This document shows positions 14,201 to 28,979 of a DNA stretch of 64,000 bases, one piece after another. This DNA is from Tubulanus polymorphus. Its lineage: Eukaryota; Animalia; Nemertea. Location of the stretch: assembly GCF_964204645.1 (NCBI RefSeq), contig NC_134028.1, positions 4,960,001 through 5,024,000 on the forward strand, given 5' to 3'. The notes under the pieces are model-generated. The model had not been told where the DNA came from and searched no databases. It saw only the letters and a list, made by a program, of their open reading frames with translations. How positions within the stretch are numbered: the stretch's first letter is position 1; the number at the start of each line of letters is the position of its first letter. Both the position numbers and the translations under genes were made by a program.

Positions 14201-17200
14201 CTTTCTTGTTGTTCTGGATAAAAAACTTGAATCAAATTCAAAAACTTTGATAAATGATAGTTGGGAATTATATCTGCACAGCAGATTTTATAACACCCAA
14301 CCTTTTCAAACATAAGTTATTAATGCAAACCAAAGACAGAGCCGAACTTCGTAAATTGTTTGTTTTATTGGTAGAATTATGTGATTTTTCACTTTTCCTT
14401 AAAGATAGCTCGCATTTAATTAGGTATCAACCTACGTCGCGTATAATGTGCATCATTTTTATGTTCTGTATATATATCACTCAAATTGTCTGAGTATTAA
14501 GACCAAGAGTTTGTCAAATAAAGTAAAATATGTAAGATACCAAACTTTGACCTTAGGATACTGAAAAAAGACGATCTCTACCCTTGATTTTGTTTTTTAA
14601 TTTAAGATTTTGGGTGTGTATCACAGTTCCTGCCTATCCCAACATGCATATCTTCATCGAGTAGTCTCTCAGTATCATGATGAATTGTTATCTCTATATA
14701 TATATATATATACTGTATGAGAAACATAAAAGCTTCTGACAATCTCATCAGCAATGTTAGCGAACAATTATATCATAAGACAATACAACATCTATAGGTT
14801 TCGATACAGTAACATCTATCGGTCTCTCTTTGTCATTGATGATTGCATTAGAAATTCATGAATTGTCAGAGCTATTCTCTACCGTATCTAACCCTGCCAA
14901 TAACCTGGCTGTGTTTTTCATACAATTTCCAGTCATATTTTAAGAATATTTCAATTACAGAAAATTATTTATAACACTCTGAGTCCGGTAAGTATCTGTC
15001 GGGGTTCGTTGAATTCATCCCGTGAATAATTATACTTTTAATCGTTATTTACAAATCGTTTTTCTGGTTTTGTTTTTGTTTTTTCGTTTGGAAATTTAAC
15101 ATTCTGAGAAGAAAATGTAAGGAAGAGTTGATCGCCATGTTGGATTAGTTCAGGTTTAGAGACTTATAGAAAATACTTCATTACAACAGGTCACTGATCT
15201 CCTGTTATAAATGAAACATCATGAAAACTTATTTCATTAAAGTACAATTGAACCCTGATATTATGGTTATGTTGGGTTCATTAAAATTCCTCGGTGATTT
15301 TGTTTCCTCTAAGATCAATTCTACATTTTGAAACCTAGAGTCAAAATAATCTCATTATCGCATATTGACTGAACACTTGTCTTCGGTTTAATTAGTTAAA
15401 TAAAGTATGTGATATTTCTCTGCTGTTATATTTAACAGGTTGTTGTTTTAATGGATCCGTTGCACGACACGGAGGATGTTTTACGAGCGAACAGAACGCG
15501 AGAAAAACAATTCGCTTTCGATTTCGCCTTCGATGGAAGATCAACGCAGGTAAATAATTACTCAAATCTCCACTGGACCCCCCCTAGTTTGGCTGAGATC
15601 TTCAAATAGTTTAGTCTAGCCCTGTAAACAGGTTTGCAGTTTTCTAATATATTAAGAATGTCTTTGCCCTTAATTTATTTCGAGTTAACAGATTGCTTAA
15701 ATTGTGGTCAGGCTTTGTGCACATTTCCCACTGAATTCTTGGTGTCTTGCTGAGGTGTCTGAGGTGTCTGAGTCCGAGACAAGATATTGTTTGCTAAAAG
15801 GCATAAAGTAATTGAAAACAAACCTATTTTATACAGATAAATTGTTATTCATTTATTTTTAGCCGACGCGCAGCGCAGGGTCAGTTCACTTTCATACTAC
15901 AATAAGGCCTTTTTTAATAACTCGGAATGCAGATTTTTTCAAGAAAAATGTGGGAGGGCGTGGGGAAAAAGGAAATTAAAAAAAATTCTTTCTAATAATA
16001 GGCGTTCTAAAATGGAAGGGAACACGGAAAGAATTGCATTAATTGAATTAATGCAGTGGGTTTTTTTTGGCAATTTTTAAAGTGCAGAAAAAATGTTCTA
16101 AAATAGATATTTACAATGAAATATCAAATATCTTTACTTTGATATTTGTGGGATACTGGAGGCCCTTGAGACCGGAAATAAACGGAGGTGTCATTATTTT
16201 GCGGAAAATCGTTTACTAAATGGCATCGCATCAGATATTACATGGCTCATATTCAAGCCTTCATTTGATGACAGATTTAACAATCTGACATTAAAAGCTT
16301 TTATGAATCTAATAACTAGTGAATGATGTTATTATTGGTGAAGGTTAATTTGTTTTTATTGCTCGAAAATATTTGATACCAATTTACCGAGTGTAATAAG
16401 TGAATTAGGCCACTGGGTTTCATCGAAGGCTTTGATCTATTAATGCGTTTTTTGCATCAATCCGTGCTATAAATATTAATAATAATATCGCTATTAATCA
16501 TATTCTTTGAACGGTTGAACGCGCACCAATTTCCTGTCGACCATTCACGCCATCAGTTTCACAAATAGAAACCGACGACCTTCCAGACCTCCCACATCGG
16601 GTGACAGCGTAGCAGCAATACTATTGATGAATATTATATCCACCCGTAATCATCATACCCTCTCTGCCTCTCCCTCTCCCTCTCCCTCTCCCTCTCCCTC
16701 TCCCTCTCCCTCCCTCTCCCTCTCCCTCTCCCTCCCTCTCCCTCTGCATTGCACAAATGGTTGAACTTTCAGAGCCGAAATTATTTTGAATTATTTGCAA
16801 TCACATTGATCTATTATTTAGGGACGGTTTTTTTCTTGAGAAATTCTCTCGCGGTGGTGAAAAACTGGTGCAAACAAGTCATTAAGATAGTGCGTGCTGA
16901 ACGCTGATATATTGAATAATTCATATTGATTGTTATCATTGAACCGTGCTGATTAACTGGGCCGACCGCTTTTTAAATTGTTACTTGTTACCGCAAACGT
17001 TATGTTTGTATGTAAGAAATTGTGGATTGGACAGAAAATGTTCTTTTTGAAGCTTAAATAGAAGTCATTGGCATTTTAATTCTATTCTCCACATACGACT
17101 AATCGCAGAGAAATGCTGAGAAGTTGAAACGCTGATTTTACAAATACATGTTTTAATGTAGATGTTTTCGATGTCGATATTTTTCGTTGAGTGTAATTTG

Positions 17201-20200
17201 ATTGAGATGAAAGTAGCTGCCTAAAGCTACCAGTCGTTAAACAATTCCTTCCGTCAATATTCAAAGAACGGGTAGTTGGAAATGAAATATTTGATTTGTG
17301 ATGGCAGTGAGCAGGTCGGGCCAGGTCTCACCGGTGGCAGCAGTTCTGTAACGTGTAACATGAATTATATAGAAAGTTTTATTTACCGCAGTTAAACACA
17401 CGTGTCTGCCATCACCGCGGCAACAGCTTTGAAAGTTTCCTCAGATCATCTGTCGTTCATTTTGATTAAAATTTCATTTCGATATTAACGCTTATCAGCG
17501 GTTAATGGTAATGATAAAATAAAGGTCAATTATTGTTCAGTTCAAAGTGGTCCCAAGTTGCACGGTCTTGGCTTAGATTGAAGACCATCTCGGCTCTAGC
17601 CAATCTAACAACAGAGGACCAGTCTTCAGATTTAGGGCCACTTTTGGGCTTAAGTCACGACTGTACAACTGGACTCCGTGTCTCGGGGCAGATCATCCTT
17701 GTCATTGAGTTTTTAGAACTGACCCTTCGGTCTTTAAAAAACCAGCTAACAAAAGTTAAGTAAAAGTAAAGTAACATCAATGGCAGTAACCTTTAGTAAA
17801 ATCAAAATTATTTATACACAATTCTTTAATCTTTAATCCAAAAGGTTATTTCTAAACCCGTTTGGTCAAAATGAAAGGTAACTGTTGATTATTTGATTGT
17901 ATTTTTGTTCTATTTTACAGGAAGAAGTTTATATTTGTACGACTAAATTCCTGATTGATAATATCATCAGTGGATATAACGCTACCGTATTCGCTTACGG
18001 TGCTACAGGTAAAATATACCAAAACTCTTTTATATACCCCGATAAACCCTACTGCCTAGAAATACACCTTTATTGCTAAAATTCAAACACAGATATCAAA
18101 AATAATTCACCCACATACCACCAACAACCCCACCACTTCTGAGGTAGAAACGACACCTTCATCGCAATCACAGATATCGAAATAGATTCACTCAAAACTC
18201 ATCTGAACATGAATTAGAATTGATTATAATGTCACGGTGTTGGTTTATCTTATGAGGGGTATAAACATTATAAAAGATTTCAGTGAATTAGATCTGACTA
18301 AAAGATTTGTCAGTACTATATAGTACTGTATAGAACTGTATAGCACTGTCTGTACTGGACTGGTATATTTTGACAGTTCGACGTGTAAATATTGAGGTTT
18401 CATATGTAAATATTGAATACCGCATATTACTCTACAAGATAAATACAATGAATTATTAGATAAAGAAATCATAATCATTAATTTATCATTTGTGATTAGA
18501 ATTTAAGATTTAAGATCAGTTGTATATTTGAGTCTATAGGAAATTTTGCGTGTAGCAGCACAGTGAATCGATTCGTTGGAATCAGCTTCATTGACATAGG
18601 AATCAATGATATACTTCTATCTACTGAAAACATGCCAGCTTTAATAGGATTACACCTTACACCTCAGAGCTCTCTCTCTCTCCCTATCTCATCTACCCGC
18701 TGAAAAAATTGACTGAAAATCCATTAACTCGACAATTAGCCTAATGAAAAAAAACACAATCTGTGTTCGTGTTGGCAAGGTGATTAATCATCCATCACTG
18801 TTTCGATCGAGATGGAAAGAAAAATATTGGATCCCTCGTAACTCGGTCACGCGGTCAAAATGACGCAAAACAAATAAACCGTCCCCTTAGAATTTCTATT
18901 GTTGAAAATCCTTGAAAATGATATTTAAAGTTAGATATTAGAAAGAAAGATATTACTTAAATATTGTCGGCTGTTTTTTTTTTTTTTCCATAATCCGTGT
19001 GAATATTATCGATGACTCTGATTGTGTTGATAATTTAACAGGCGCCGGTAAAACGTACACGATGTTAGGAACGGATGAAAACCCGGGAATCATGGTACGA
19101 GCGTTAAACGATCTTTTCCTCTCGATGGAGAAAACGAAGGATGAAAACGTTTACACAGTGAAAATGTCGTATTTAGAGGTAAATTTAATTACCGATAAAG
19201 CCTCGTATGATAAACAGGAAATAATACTTCATGAAATATGCAAGCAAAAAACCCCCAAGTCATAATAAGGAGATACATAAGGCGAAGTGGCCAATTATTG
19301 ACTCCCTCACCTCATGGATCAGTACTTTATCAATGAAGTACAGTGATATGTGATGAATCCTGCAGGTCATTTGGAATAAAATCGTTAATATTAGGTATTG
19401 ATTATTATTGACAGAGATGGCAGGGGCCAGTTTAACATAGCAAAATTGTTATGATCAGTTACTTATGGCAACCTTCTCATTTTCGATGACTTCGACAATG
19501 TGAGTTGATCGTAATGGGCTTTGAGTGGAACTGGCCCGTGGGGTTTTCTGTTCTGTGTCTCACTCAGTAGGATTTTGAAAATGGAATTTATTAATTAATG
19601 TTCTATATAAAGGTGTTGTGTATTATGCGATTGTATGTGTTGAGACTGTATATTAGCTGAACGTTCATCTATTGAATGAGACGATTATATATTGATTGTA
19701 ATTACCGGTTCGTCCGGTGCGCGACGTGTCAGTCACTATTCAAATCACTTTCCAACTGACACTCGCGGGTCATTACTGGTCAACTCTCATAGCGCCATCT
19801 ACTGTTAGTATATGGAATTACCGGGGTAGAATTTTTAACCCTCAACCCACGAATGTTTCTTTTTCTCCACCAGGCGGTTTGAGCCGATGATGACGCTAGT
19901 GACTGGCGGTTAAAACTACTTAGCCTCAATGTTTTAAAATTTCGATTTTTTTTTTCGTACAGATTTATAATGAAATGATTCGTGATTTGATAAATCCATC
20001 GTCAGGATTTCTGGAGCTGCGTGAAGATCATAAAGGTGTTCAGATAAATGGTTTATCAGAAATAACAGCGCACTCTACGAGTGAGGTATGATACCAAAAC
20101 TGGGTTACTCATTTCCATTTCATTCCATAGTTGTCTTATAAAATTTGAAAATTTGAAAATGAACAAATATTAATTCAAGAGCTAGATCTCACTCATAGTG

Positions 20201-23200
20201 GACCTGAATCCACAATTTTGAGAATCAGAATGACAGAGTATTTTGGTCACCGATGTGTGTGTACATCACGTTACAGGTGATGTCATTGTTAAAACGAGGA
20301 AATAAAGAGCGAACTCAAGAACCGACGGCGGCCAATCAAACGTCGTCGCGATCTCACGCCATTCTACAAGTGACCGTTAAACAGAGGAGTCGATTACCGA
20401 ACGTTCACGAGGAAGTACGAATCGGTAAACTGTATCTGATCGATCTGGCCGGATCAGAACGAGCCGCTAATACTCATAACCGCGGTAAACGTATGGTAGA
20501 AGGAGCTCACATAAACCGGTCGCTACTAGCACTGGGAAACTGTATTAATGCTTTGTGTGAGTAGAAAAATAATCCTTTATCCTAAATTCTGGATACATTT
20601 TCACAGTTATAGGTTGAAATTGCTTGATTTGAAACCTCATATTGAATATGAAAAAAAAGTGTCCCATAAGTATTGATTGACTGTTTATTCTACATATATT
20701 CATATATTGAGTTAGATTGGAATCCAGCTACACCAAAACAAGGAACAATTTCGCAGAGAACAATGAATTGCTGCATTTCCTGTTATGATAAACAGAGATG
20801 TTCAGTTAAACTGGTAACTTAAATGTCGACATATTCATTAATTTTCTGTTTTAATCTGTAGGTGAGAAAGGAGGTAAATACGTGAATTACCGCGACAGTA
20901 AACTGACTCGATTATTGAAAGATGCGTTAGGCGGTAATTGTAAAACAGTAATGATCGCTCACATCAGTCCAGCTAGTCATAACTTTGAAGAATCGCGCAA
21001 TACTCTCATGTACGCGGATAGAGCCAAAAATATCAAAACTAAAGTGAGTAAGATATATCAAATTCAAGGTCAATGGGACCACTGACCTGGGAACAGGGGG
21101 ATCACTGACCTGTTCCCGGAGCAGGGGGACCATGGACCTGAACCCAGTGCAGGGGGACCACAGACCCCGTTCTACAGTTTTTGGTTAAGTTTGACTAAGC
21201 TAAATTCGTTTCCAATGTTTTTACTTCAAATCTTAACCAGGAACTATAAAACTGAGTCCAGAGTCTAAATCTAGGAAATATTGTTAACATAATTTTGAAA
21301 GGACAAATATGTCCATGTAATACCTAGATGTCTTGATGTACCTGACATTTGAATTGTTTGATCAGAGACAATGAATTGTAGTTTTATGATGATGAATTTC
21401 AGGTGCGTAGAAATGTGACTGATGTCACGTATCACATAGCGCAGTATACTCATATTATACAAGAATTACGTCAAGAAATCAGTCGATTACGCCAAAAACT
21501 GAACGTGAAATCACCACAAAGAAATAAGATACAGTCAATACAAAGTATGTACAAGGAATATCAACTATCAAGTTATTGATAATAAACTAATGTATCTCTT
21601 GGAGACAAATCTAACTGCGGACTATGGAACTGCAGTTTCCTGTTGACTTCAACTCTGTTATCATTCCTTTACTCTATTTATCTACTGGATTCTGTTTATC
21701 GCATTCAACAATTTCTAATCGTGCAATTGTTTGTAATGATTGTAGACGAAGTGCTCGGATCAACCAGAAAACAAGGTTTGAATAATTTGAAAGAAGAACT
21801 TCTGACGACATTCAAAGATCAAATGGAATTACGGTGAGAGAGAGAGAATATAACTTGTCAAAAGCAGTTTAGAGAGAACTCATCCATCGATCATTCTAAT
21901 GATAAAATATTTTGTGCTTTCTTTTTCTTAACAGACGAAGTTTGATGGAACTTGAAAACTCAAACATGGAAATAAACCTAGAATTAACACGTGTACGGAT
22001 GATTATCAAAGAGTAAGTGTTTAGAAAACTCACAACTGTTGTCGTGTTCATCACATTTTAAGAGACATCACTGTTTTGATTTTTAGATGGGAGGCAGAAA
22101 AAGCCAGAATAAGGAGGAAAGAGTCTCACAAGGATTTGGATAATAAACAAATAGGTATATTATCAGTTTCTTAATTTGCTATAGACACTAAGATCCAATT
22201 CAGGTTCTATAGTTCTGGGTTAACAGTAAAGATGAGTTCATCCCCCATGTTTTAACTCTTCGATCTTAACTGAAAACTAAAGACCTGGATCCATTGTTTG
22301 GTTGTATTGATATGTTTATTGCTGTAGTAAGAGATCATTCAATTTTTGTCTCTTTCTACAGAGAATGAGAAGGAAAAAGAGCTTCAAGGTTTAGACGTGG
22401 ACTCCACACCGGAACCTGATGATATTCGCGTCACGAGAGAAGAAATGAAGGTTTTACTCGACGAAAAATCGCGAACTCAAAAACACAAAAACAACGTGAA
22501 AAAGGAACTCGATATTCTGAAGTCAAAGGCTGAAAAACTTGAAGAGGTGAGAAATCAGTTTGATCAATGAAACATCGATATCGGTGACCACTTCATTAGG
22601 ATCACTACAGTTAGATGCATTTGTTGATGGAGCTGTCACAACTGTTTCCATGTGTTGAATACGCATACTCCAAAGAAGTTTTCTCTACTATTGGGTGTTG
22701 AAACGTCTCATTTCTACATCATAAACAAGAAGAAAACATCTATGAAACTACAAAGTCCATGAAACTTCTCTCAAAGACAATATAATTTCTATAGAAAATG
22801 ATAATGTTTTTGATGATATTGTTGAATTGCAGACTTTGCCGTCAAAAATCACAAGCGAAGAAGAGAAAGAGATTTTAACGTTGTTGTGTAGAGTTCACGA
22901 ATTAGAAATCAGCAACACGGAAATGCAGTCGGAGGTTTTACTGCGTGAGATGGAAATACGTAAACGAGATCTGATAATAGCTCGATACGAGCAGAGGAGA
23001 AATCTCTGCGACGAAATCATTTTACAACAAAAATCTCTCATCAATGGTAATTGTTTAACTTATAAGTTTCTTTCAAACCAACTGGTGCCACTCAGGGTAA
23101 ACTCAACCCACTGTTGCCACTCATGTCAACCTCAACCTGCTGAGTGGCAGTTTCCTTAGTACCAGAAAGGAGAAAACCAGCTGAGTATCACTCAGCTTTG

Positions 23201-26200
23201 ATGTTTCTTTTCTCCCAATTAACGTGTGAGAGACCAGATAAGAACCTTTGACTAAGAAATTCAGTCTCCACCAGAGTAAGAAGCCACAAACCCTGGATTG
23301 ATGAGCAACCAGTGACCGATGGCTTAGACCGCTCAGCCACTTCGCCTGCCCATACAAATGATTCCACCTAATGCTCGGTCTTGAAACTTCTTAATGAATT
23401 TTCTTTCAGAAAATAGTCTTCCATGTCCGAAATATTTAGATGATCTGATAGAACTTTATAACCGAGATGCGGATGACAATATACTGAGTAGAGATACATC
23501 GGGTCAGAATATTACTCCTTACAAGGTGAGTAGGAACAGTTGTATCTAATTCATCAGGAATCTGACATTTTTTTCCCGGAACTATCAGGTTATTGTGCCA
23601 TGTCATAAAACTTCCAAGATTGCATTAGACTGACAGCAGTCTAAAACTAATAGTAGAAGTACAATACTGTGATGATAGGCAAAATTATTCTACTTGAAAT
23701 ATAAGAACCATTTATCCCGGAATGTTTTTCTTCATTTGATCGTGGGTTTTGTTTCTACTATAAATTCTTTAATCCAACTTACGTGGTGTTCACTCATTCG
23801 TTTAATTATTTGAATTGTCAAATGTTTAAATGTTACCCTAAATATGCATTTATTCCAGGCAATGTCAGTTGGTAATTTGCAGAGGAATCTGATGGATTTT
23901 TCAATAAACGATGAAAACTATGACGCAGATAAACTGAGCACTTTAGAAGAAGAAGAAGGTTCCGCAGTTTCACGTCACGTATCCAACAAATCTATACGAA
24001 AGTCTTCCAATGATAAACAAACAACGTTAGTACTAAAAATAACACTGAGAAATCTTTAGAAAACTGACAATCATTAGAGCAGTTATTGAGTATGGTTCTA
24101 ATGTTACTGGCATGATGTCTGCATCTTTGTCATATTTTAGAACCATCTGAGAATGATTTAGTTCTCGTCCCAAACATACTTTTCAACTTTGATTAATGGC
24201 CAAATTGCAGGAAAATCTCTGAGCCATATAATTGTTCCTCTTGATACCTAATTTTCTTAAGTTTTCTGGGGTAGACTTCCCAGGACCCCTGACCTATGCA
24301 CATGCATCTTATGAGTTCTACTTTCATGAAAATTGAAACTCCCCAAACTGAATGTCCAAAGTCAAATAGAAACCTGTAGCCTTCTCTGAAGATGAACAGA
24401 AGAATTCTACAAGACACTAGAACTACCGGCTATTTTGTTCAAATAATTGTCAGTTTAGCTTCCATCTCAGGACACTGTCTAATACAATCTTGAAAAATTT
24501 CTGATTTATGTTCCATTCATTTTCCTTCAGAGCTGACAAAGTATTTTCACATAGTCCGAAAAGTAAACATCTACGCGAGCATCATCTTGAGCAGACGCAG
24601 CAACAATGGCCAAACAAAACGAAGAGAGATTCGCAACAATCATTGATCGATTACGATAAAGAAAGCGTTTTGACTTTAAGTAGTCGTAGTAACAGTGAAG
24701 GTCAGATAGACGCTGCTGATACCAATAGATCGTCTGTCGTCAGAGTCGATGATAAAATGATTGAGACGAATACTCGTAATATCGCACGTTTAGCCGCTAG
24801 ACGGCGCACTCTACGAGTAACGGATAGCAATTTAGCGCTAACGAAGAATATGTCGTCATCGGCGCTAATAGACAGCAGCGGAGGAGAGAATTACCTGAGT
24901 CCGAGTCGTCTAGCGAATCACGACATCCGTTACGGAACATCCGTCACGAGTTTAAATCACGTGATCAGTGACGACAACGCGTCGTTAAACACAGAGAGTG
25001 CGAATATGAACTCACAGGTGGCGCTAGCGGGGTACGGAGTGAAACCAGCGCCGTCGTCTCACAGGAGATACCATGAATCAGACGATTTGAATGTTTCACG
25101 TAAAAGAAAGAATGATCTTTACGGTTCTTACCAGGTAAATATAACAGTTTATTCTTTATACATTTGTTTCAGCGAAGATACAGATTCTCAAGGATTTCAT
25201 TACTGAATCAGTCGGCCCAGTACTGCTGAATCTGCCCAGTATCAGCCTAGTCTCGGAATCAGTCCAGTTTCCACTTTATGTAATAGTTATAAATGATTTT
25301 ATTTGTAAAGCAAACGTACATGCGTAGAAGGAAACAGGCTCAACTTCGCTCGTATGCAGAGAGCAGCACCAGTTCATCTGAGGTTATTTATTTATCTGTT
25401 AGACTCATAATTTTAGATTCAATCTGATTTGTTGATATTGTGTATAGTATTTTAAACTCTCGATCTGCTTTGCTTAATTCGTCTTATTAGTATTTAGTAT
25501 GAGCTTTCAATGTATCTCTGCGTGCTTGCTTGAATAGTCAGTCAGTCAGTGCTGTCATCTGCTGGTAATTGACGGAACTAACATTTCAAATACCGACGCA
25601 TTCATTGATCCATAACTCGAGAGATTTGTTGTGCTGTGTAAATTTCTGGACCCAGTTCTACAGTTGTCGGGTTAGATATTCGATCCATACTCTGTGGAAC
25701 TGGGTTTTTAAATGTTCTCCGTCTGAGAACGTTTTGTTATTCGTAATTCATTAAAACATTTGTCGATATCTAAAAAATCTTATCGATATTTTCCTGTTTT
25801 TGCAGCTGCTTCATTATTATATTATTCCTCTATCTATCGATTTTGATTATGAATGAAATCTCTCTCCTTTTCTCTCTTTCCCCCTCTATTTCCTCTTTCC
25901 CTCCATTCTCTTCCCTTCTCACCCCTCTTACCGGTACCTCAATCCCTCTACTTTCTTTCTCTTCCCCTTCTACCCTTCATCTCCCATTCTCTTTCTCCCC
26001 CTCTAATCTCACTCCCTCTACTCTCTCCCCGTCTCTCTCCTCTTCCTCTCTCATCTCTTCCTCTCACCTCTCCACACCACAGGTATAAATACAGATATAT
26101 TGATGATGTGTTATTTTATTGATATTCAGCATATTTCACCGGTCGCTGCTGCCATGTTTCATCGACAAAAACAACATCAACGTGCATTCTCATTTGTCCG

Positions 26201-28979
26201 GGTATAAAATCTGTTCAGCTTTCAGTAATCCAACGTAGCTTACAGTAACCCAACATAGCTTACAGTAATCCAACATAGCTTACAGTAATCCTATTGTTCT
26301 CCTTGTTGTATAGTGTTACAGTTTGAATTTTTTGCTGGCCGTATTAAAAATAGCTACCCTTGTTATTTGAATATGAATTTTATTAAAATGCTTATTTGTA
26401 ATGATTGGATACCTCATCTAATCAGAACAAGAAGTTGTAGTTGTCTCGCGAAAACGGAGCCCTCAAACTCGAAGAAAATTCCGTCTTTAACATAAAGAGA
26501 TAATTGAATCATTAATTCATTGTGCAGAGTTTGGGGGAAATTTCATTAAGTTGATTAAGACAGAGAGCTGTGTGCAGACGACTATCACTGCAGTGCTGCT
26601 GCTGCTGCTGCTGCGTTTTGGGGATGTCTCGACTGCAGACTCATCAATTCACAGTCGTTCGTCATTTTCAATTGGTTCTTTATTGACGGTAGACGAATCA
26701 AATAGACGAATAAATCTACTGTCTCTAAATGATCAATCCAAACCAATTGTGCGTGAATAAAAGGACTAGATCAATATCAGAGACGAGGGCAGACGATAAT
26801 TTCATTGCTCTCGTCCTCGGTCAATCACGAGGAAATGTGCGCCGTTTTTAAATGAGTTTTCTTCTATGAGTGATAAAAATACATGTTCAATAGACCTGTG
26901 TGTATAATGAACGAACACGTCGTGTCCTGTAGCCCTACTGTACTGGTTTTACCAGGAAATCTGTCTGAAAATGACGGAACTAGACTTGTCTTTATTCATT
27001 CGATTGTCGAAAATGACCGAGTACCGTGATTATTGTCGGTGCTGGGGAATACGCCAGTCGTGTGGTTACTGGACCCTGGGAATTGTTTTTTGATTTTCTG
27101 TTATCTCTGCCCGGAGGTAAAGGCTACGCAGTCTGGGCCCCGACCTCAAGCCTCATTAGCGCGGTGGTAAATTTGATTATCATACACCACATCAACAGTT
27201 CGGGATTCTACTAAACAATTCATCATTAGGGAATATAACGTAGTTCCATTCTATCAAGCGAAAGGTGTCGTGGTTCTCTGAAACCTGATGCTATAAATTA
27301 CTGGTAGTTGATAAAGCTGTAAAACTCACATAAAACCTCTTTTTTTTACATTTATTTGTTTTTACCGGGAAACAAAATTTATAATATAAGAAATGAATAC
27401 GGGTACAATAGTCACTCCAGCATTGATGTGTAATTGCAGAATCATCAATTATAAATACTGGTTAGGTTGTTACAGCCATATTATATCAATCTTAAATCAG
27501 ATAGATTGTTGTCTGCTTTAAGTGGTTTTCTGCCGTCATTTCTCATTCGATCCATTTTTCAAGTTCTTCATTTGTGTTTCATTTGAAACTTCTATTAAAG
27601 TGTTTTTAGGGAATTATTTTGTCGATTTTGTGGTTATGATTTATTTTGATCAAACCTTCAACTGCTGGCTGCCCTAAATTGTACCCCAGTTAGAACCCAT
27701 AGTAAGCTGGATGTCGGTGTTTAAAGCGTTAAATCGAGTATGAATTCTATTTTAGTAAAACAGGGAACATGATTTATTTTAAAGCCCCGTTACGTATATT
27801 CACCAGTTTTCCCGCAATCTTGCATCAATTCTTACATCTGTTTTCGCTTTAACGTGTTATATAAGGTTTCTTGTACTTTCTGTACGAAGAAAGTCAATTA
27901 CAGTAAAAGAAACCTGAATCCTGAATCCAGTTCAACACATTCTCCATTGATTTTGATTCTAGTGTTTAAAAGTATTTAATATCCGATGTTTTAACTTTGA
28001 GAGTTAAATCTTAGCCGTGAGCAACTGGTTTGATTACTTGAGCTGAAAAAGTTTGTGATTGTCTGAACCGAGAGTTCATCATCTTATCCCAGTTTCATCA
28101 ACGATATTTGATTAGGAGTGCGTTTGTAATTTCAGCTGAGTAAAGTTCCATCTCGTCGCCACGAGAACAAACCAGCCCCGGGAAAACCGACGAAAAAGAA
28201 GCAAACGTCGGAAAATAATCGAGCGCGACAAAAATATCGAGATCCGTTACCGAAAGGTTCGTCGGTCATACGTGCCAAAAAATCTGAGTCATGAAAATGA
28301 TATTTGTAACATAATGAATGAAAGAGGAGAATAATGATAACGATGATAATGATGATGATGATTTTTGATTTCATTTTAACGTCGTCTCATGTTTCAGACG
28401 CCGCTGATCTGAAAGGATTTGAAAGAATCGATACTCCACCGAGTACGGTGTTTCAAAAAGCTCCTGAACGTGGAAACAAAGGTTTATCGTTACAGAAACA
28501 ACAGAGAGGTACAGAATTTCTTAAGTCATCTTCTCAGGGACGTAAACCCCCGGGGACAACAAACATCTTTCCCTGGAAGGCTTACGTATGCTTAGCGTGT
28601 GTATTGGTGCCATATTATTCTCTTGTCGTATATTGATAATAAGCACAGAATTTCTGCTATGAGACTTTTTAAACTTCTTTATCTTCCAGGCATTAACATA
28701 CTTAGTACTTAGTTCTCATTGTCTCATCGGTAGCATGAACCTTTTGACAAACTGGTACCATGATAATACTGTCTTGATTTTTCTTGATAGAAATAAGGTG
28801 TATAAGATTGTGTTGTTTTTCTTGTAGGTGCTAATATAATGTCTGATTCATCAGCTACGAGTACACCACAACTGACATCAGATAGCAATCATAGTCGTAG
28901 ACATTCTAGACGCCCACCACCGACAATATCACACTATCGTAAAGGTGACATCAGTGTTACTGGATACCGCGTTGGTTAA
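11294..28979 (+). CDS. KIF19: Kinesin-8 family ciliary tip motor KIF19, ~20 core exons plus candidate cassettes
   Basis: Exons 11294-11323, 12483-12563, 15439-15549, 17921-18008, 19042-19178, 19963-20085, 20277-20556, 20862-21043, 21403-21544, 21746-21833, 21935-22012, 22087-22154, 22362-22546, 22833-23046, 23410-23525, 23859-24025, 24531-25134, 28136-28256, 28398-28508, 28828-28979. P-loop [52 protein letters not shown] and VTYHIAQYT match KIF19. Tail exons are less certain. Confidence 0.94.
11941..11954. promoter_or_regulatory. RFX X-box-like site, KIF19 intron 1
   Basis: GCTGCTATGGTAAC versus consensus GTNRCCATGGYAAC. Confidence 0.45.
12080..12128 (-). mobile_element. tRNA-derived SINE head fragment
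   Basis: Minus strand GGTGGCCTAGTGGTTAGAGCGCTGGGCTGGCATGCGAGAGGTTCCTGGT has an A-box/D-arm-like 5' half but no complete cloverleaf. Confidence 0.45.
13542..13555. promoter_or_regulatory. RFX X-box, KIF19 intron 2
   Basis: GTTGCTATGGTGAC, near-palindromic match to the X-box. Confidence 0.55.
16667..16745. repeat. (CTCTCC)n microsatellite
   Basis: Direct reading, about 13 units. Confidence 0.95.
19458..19472. promoter_or_regulatory. RFX X-box-like site, KIF19 intron 5
   Basis: GTTACTTATGGCAAC; lies inside a small decayed palindromic element (about 19423-19537). Confidence 0.35.
19791..19804 (-). promoter_or_regulatory. CTCF-like motif
   Basis: Reverse complement CAGTAGATGGCGCT matches the CTCF core CCASYAGRKGGCRS. 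Confidence 0.45.
23063..23351 (-). mobile_element. tRNA-derived SINE in KIF19 intron
   Basis: Minus strand begins GGGCAGGCGAAGTGGCTGAGCGGTCTAAG (A-box) with a decayed B-box and a GC-richer ~290-bp body; boundaries approximate. Confidence 0.5.
25858..26073. repeat. CT-rich low-complexity tract
   Basis: Almost pure pyrimidine; source of spurious ORFs at 25843 and 25853. Confidence 0.9.
26217..26291. repeat. 20-bp tandem repeat (AGCTTACAGTAATCCAACAT) x~3.7
   Basis: Direct reading. Confidence 0.85.

Noticed and set aside
24141-24200. Apparent acceptor TTTTAG|AACCATCTGA as an extra KIF19 exon
   Set aside because: In the required phase it reaches TGA after two codons.
25843-26122. Ser/Leu/Pro-rich ORFs
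   Set aside because: Artefact of a stop-free CT tract in a KIF19 intron.
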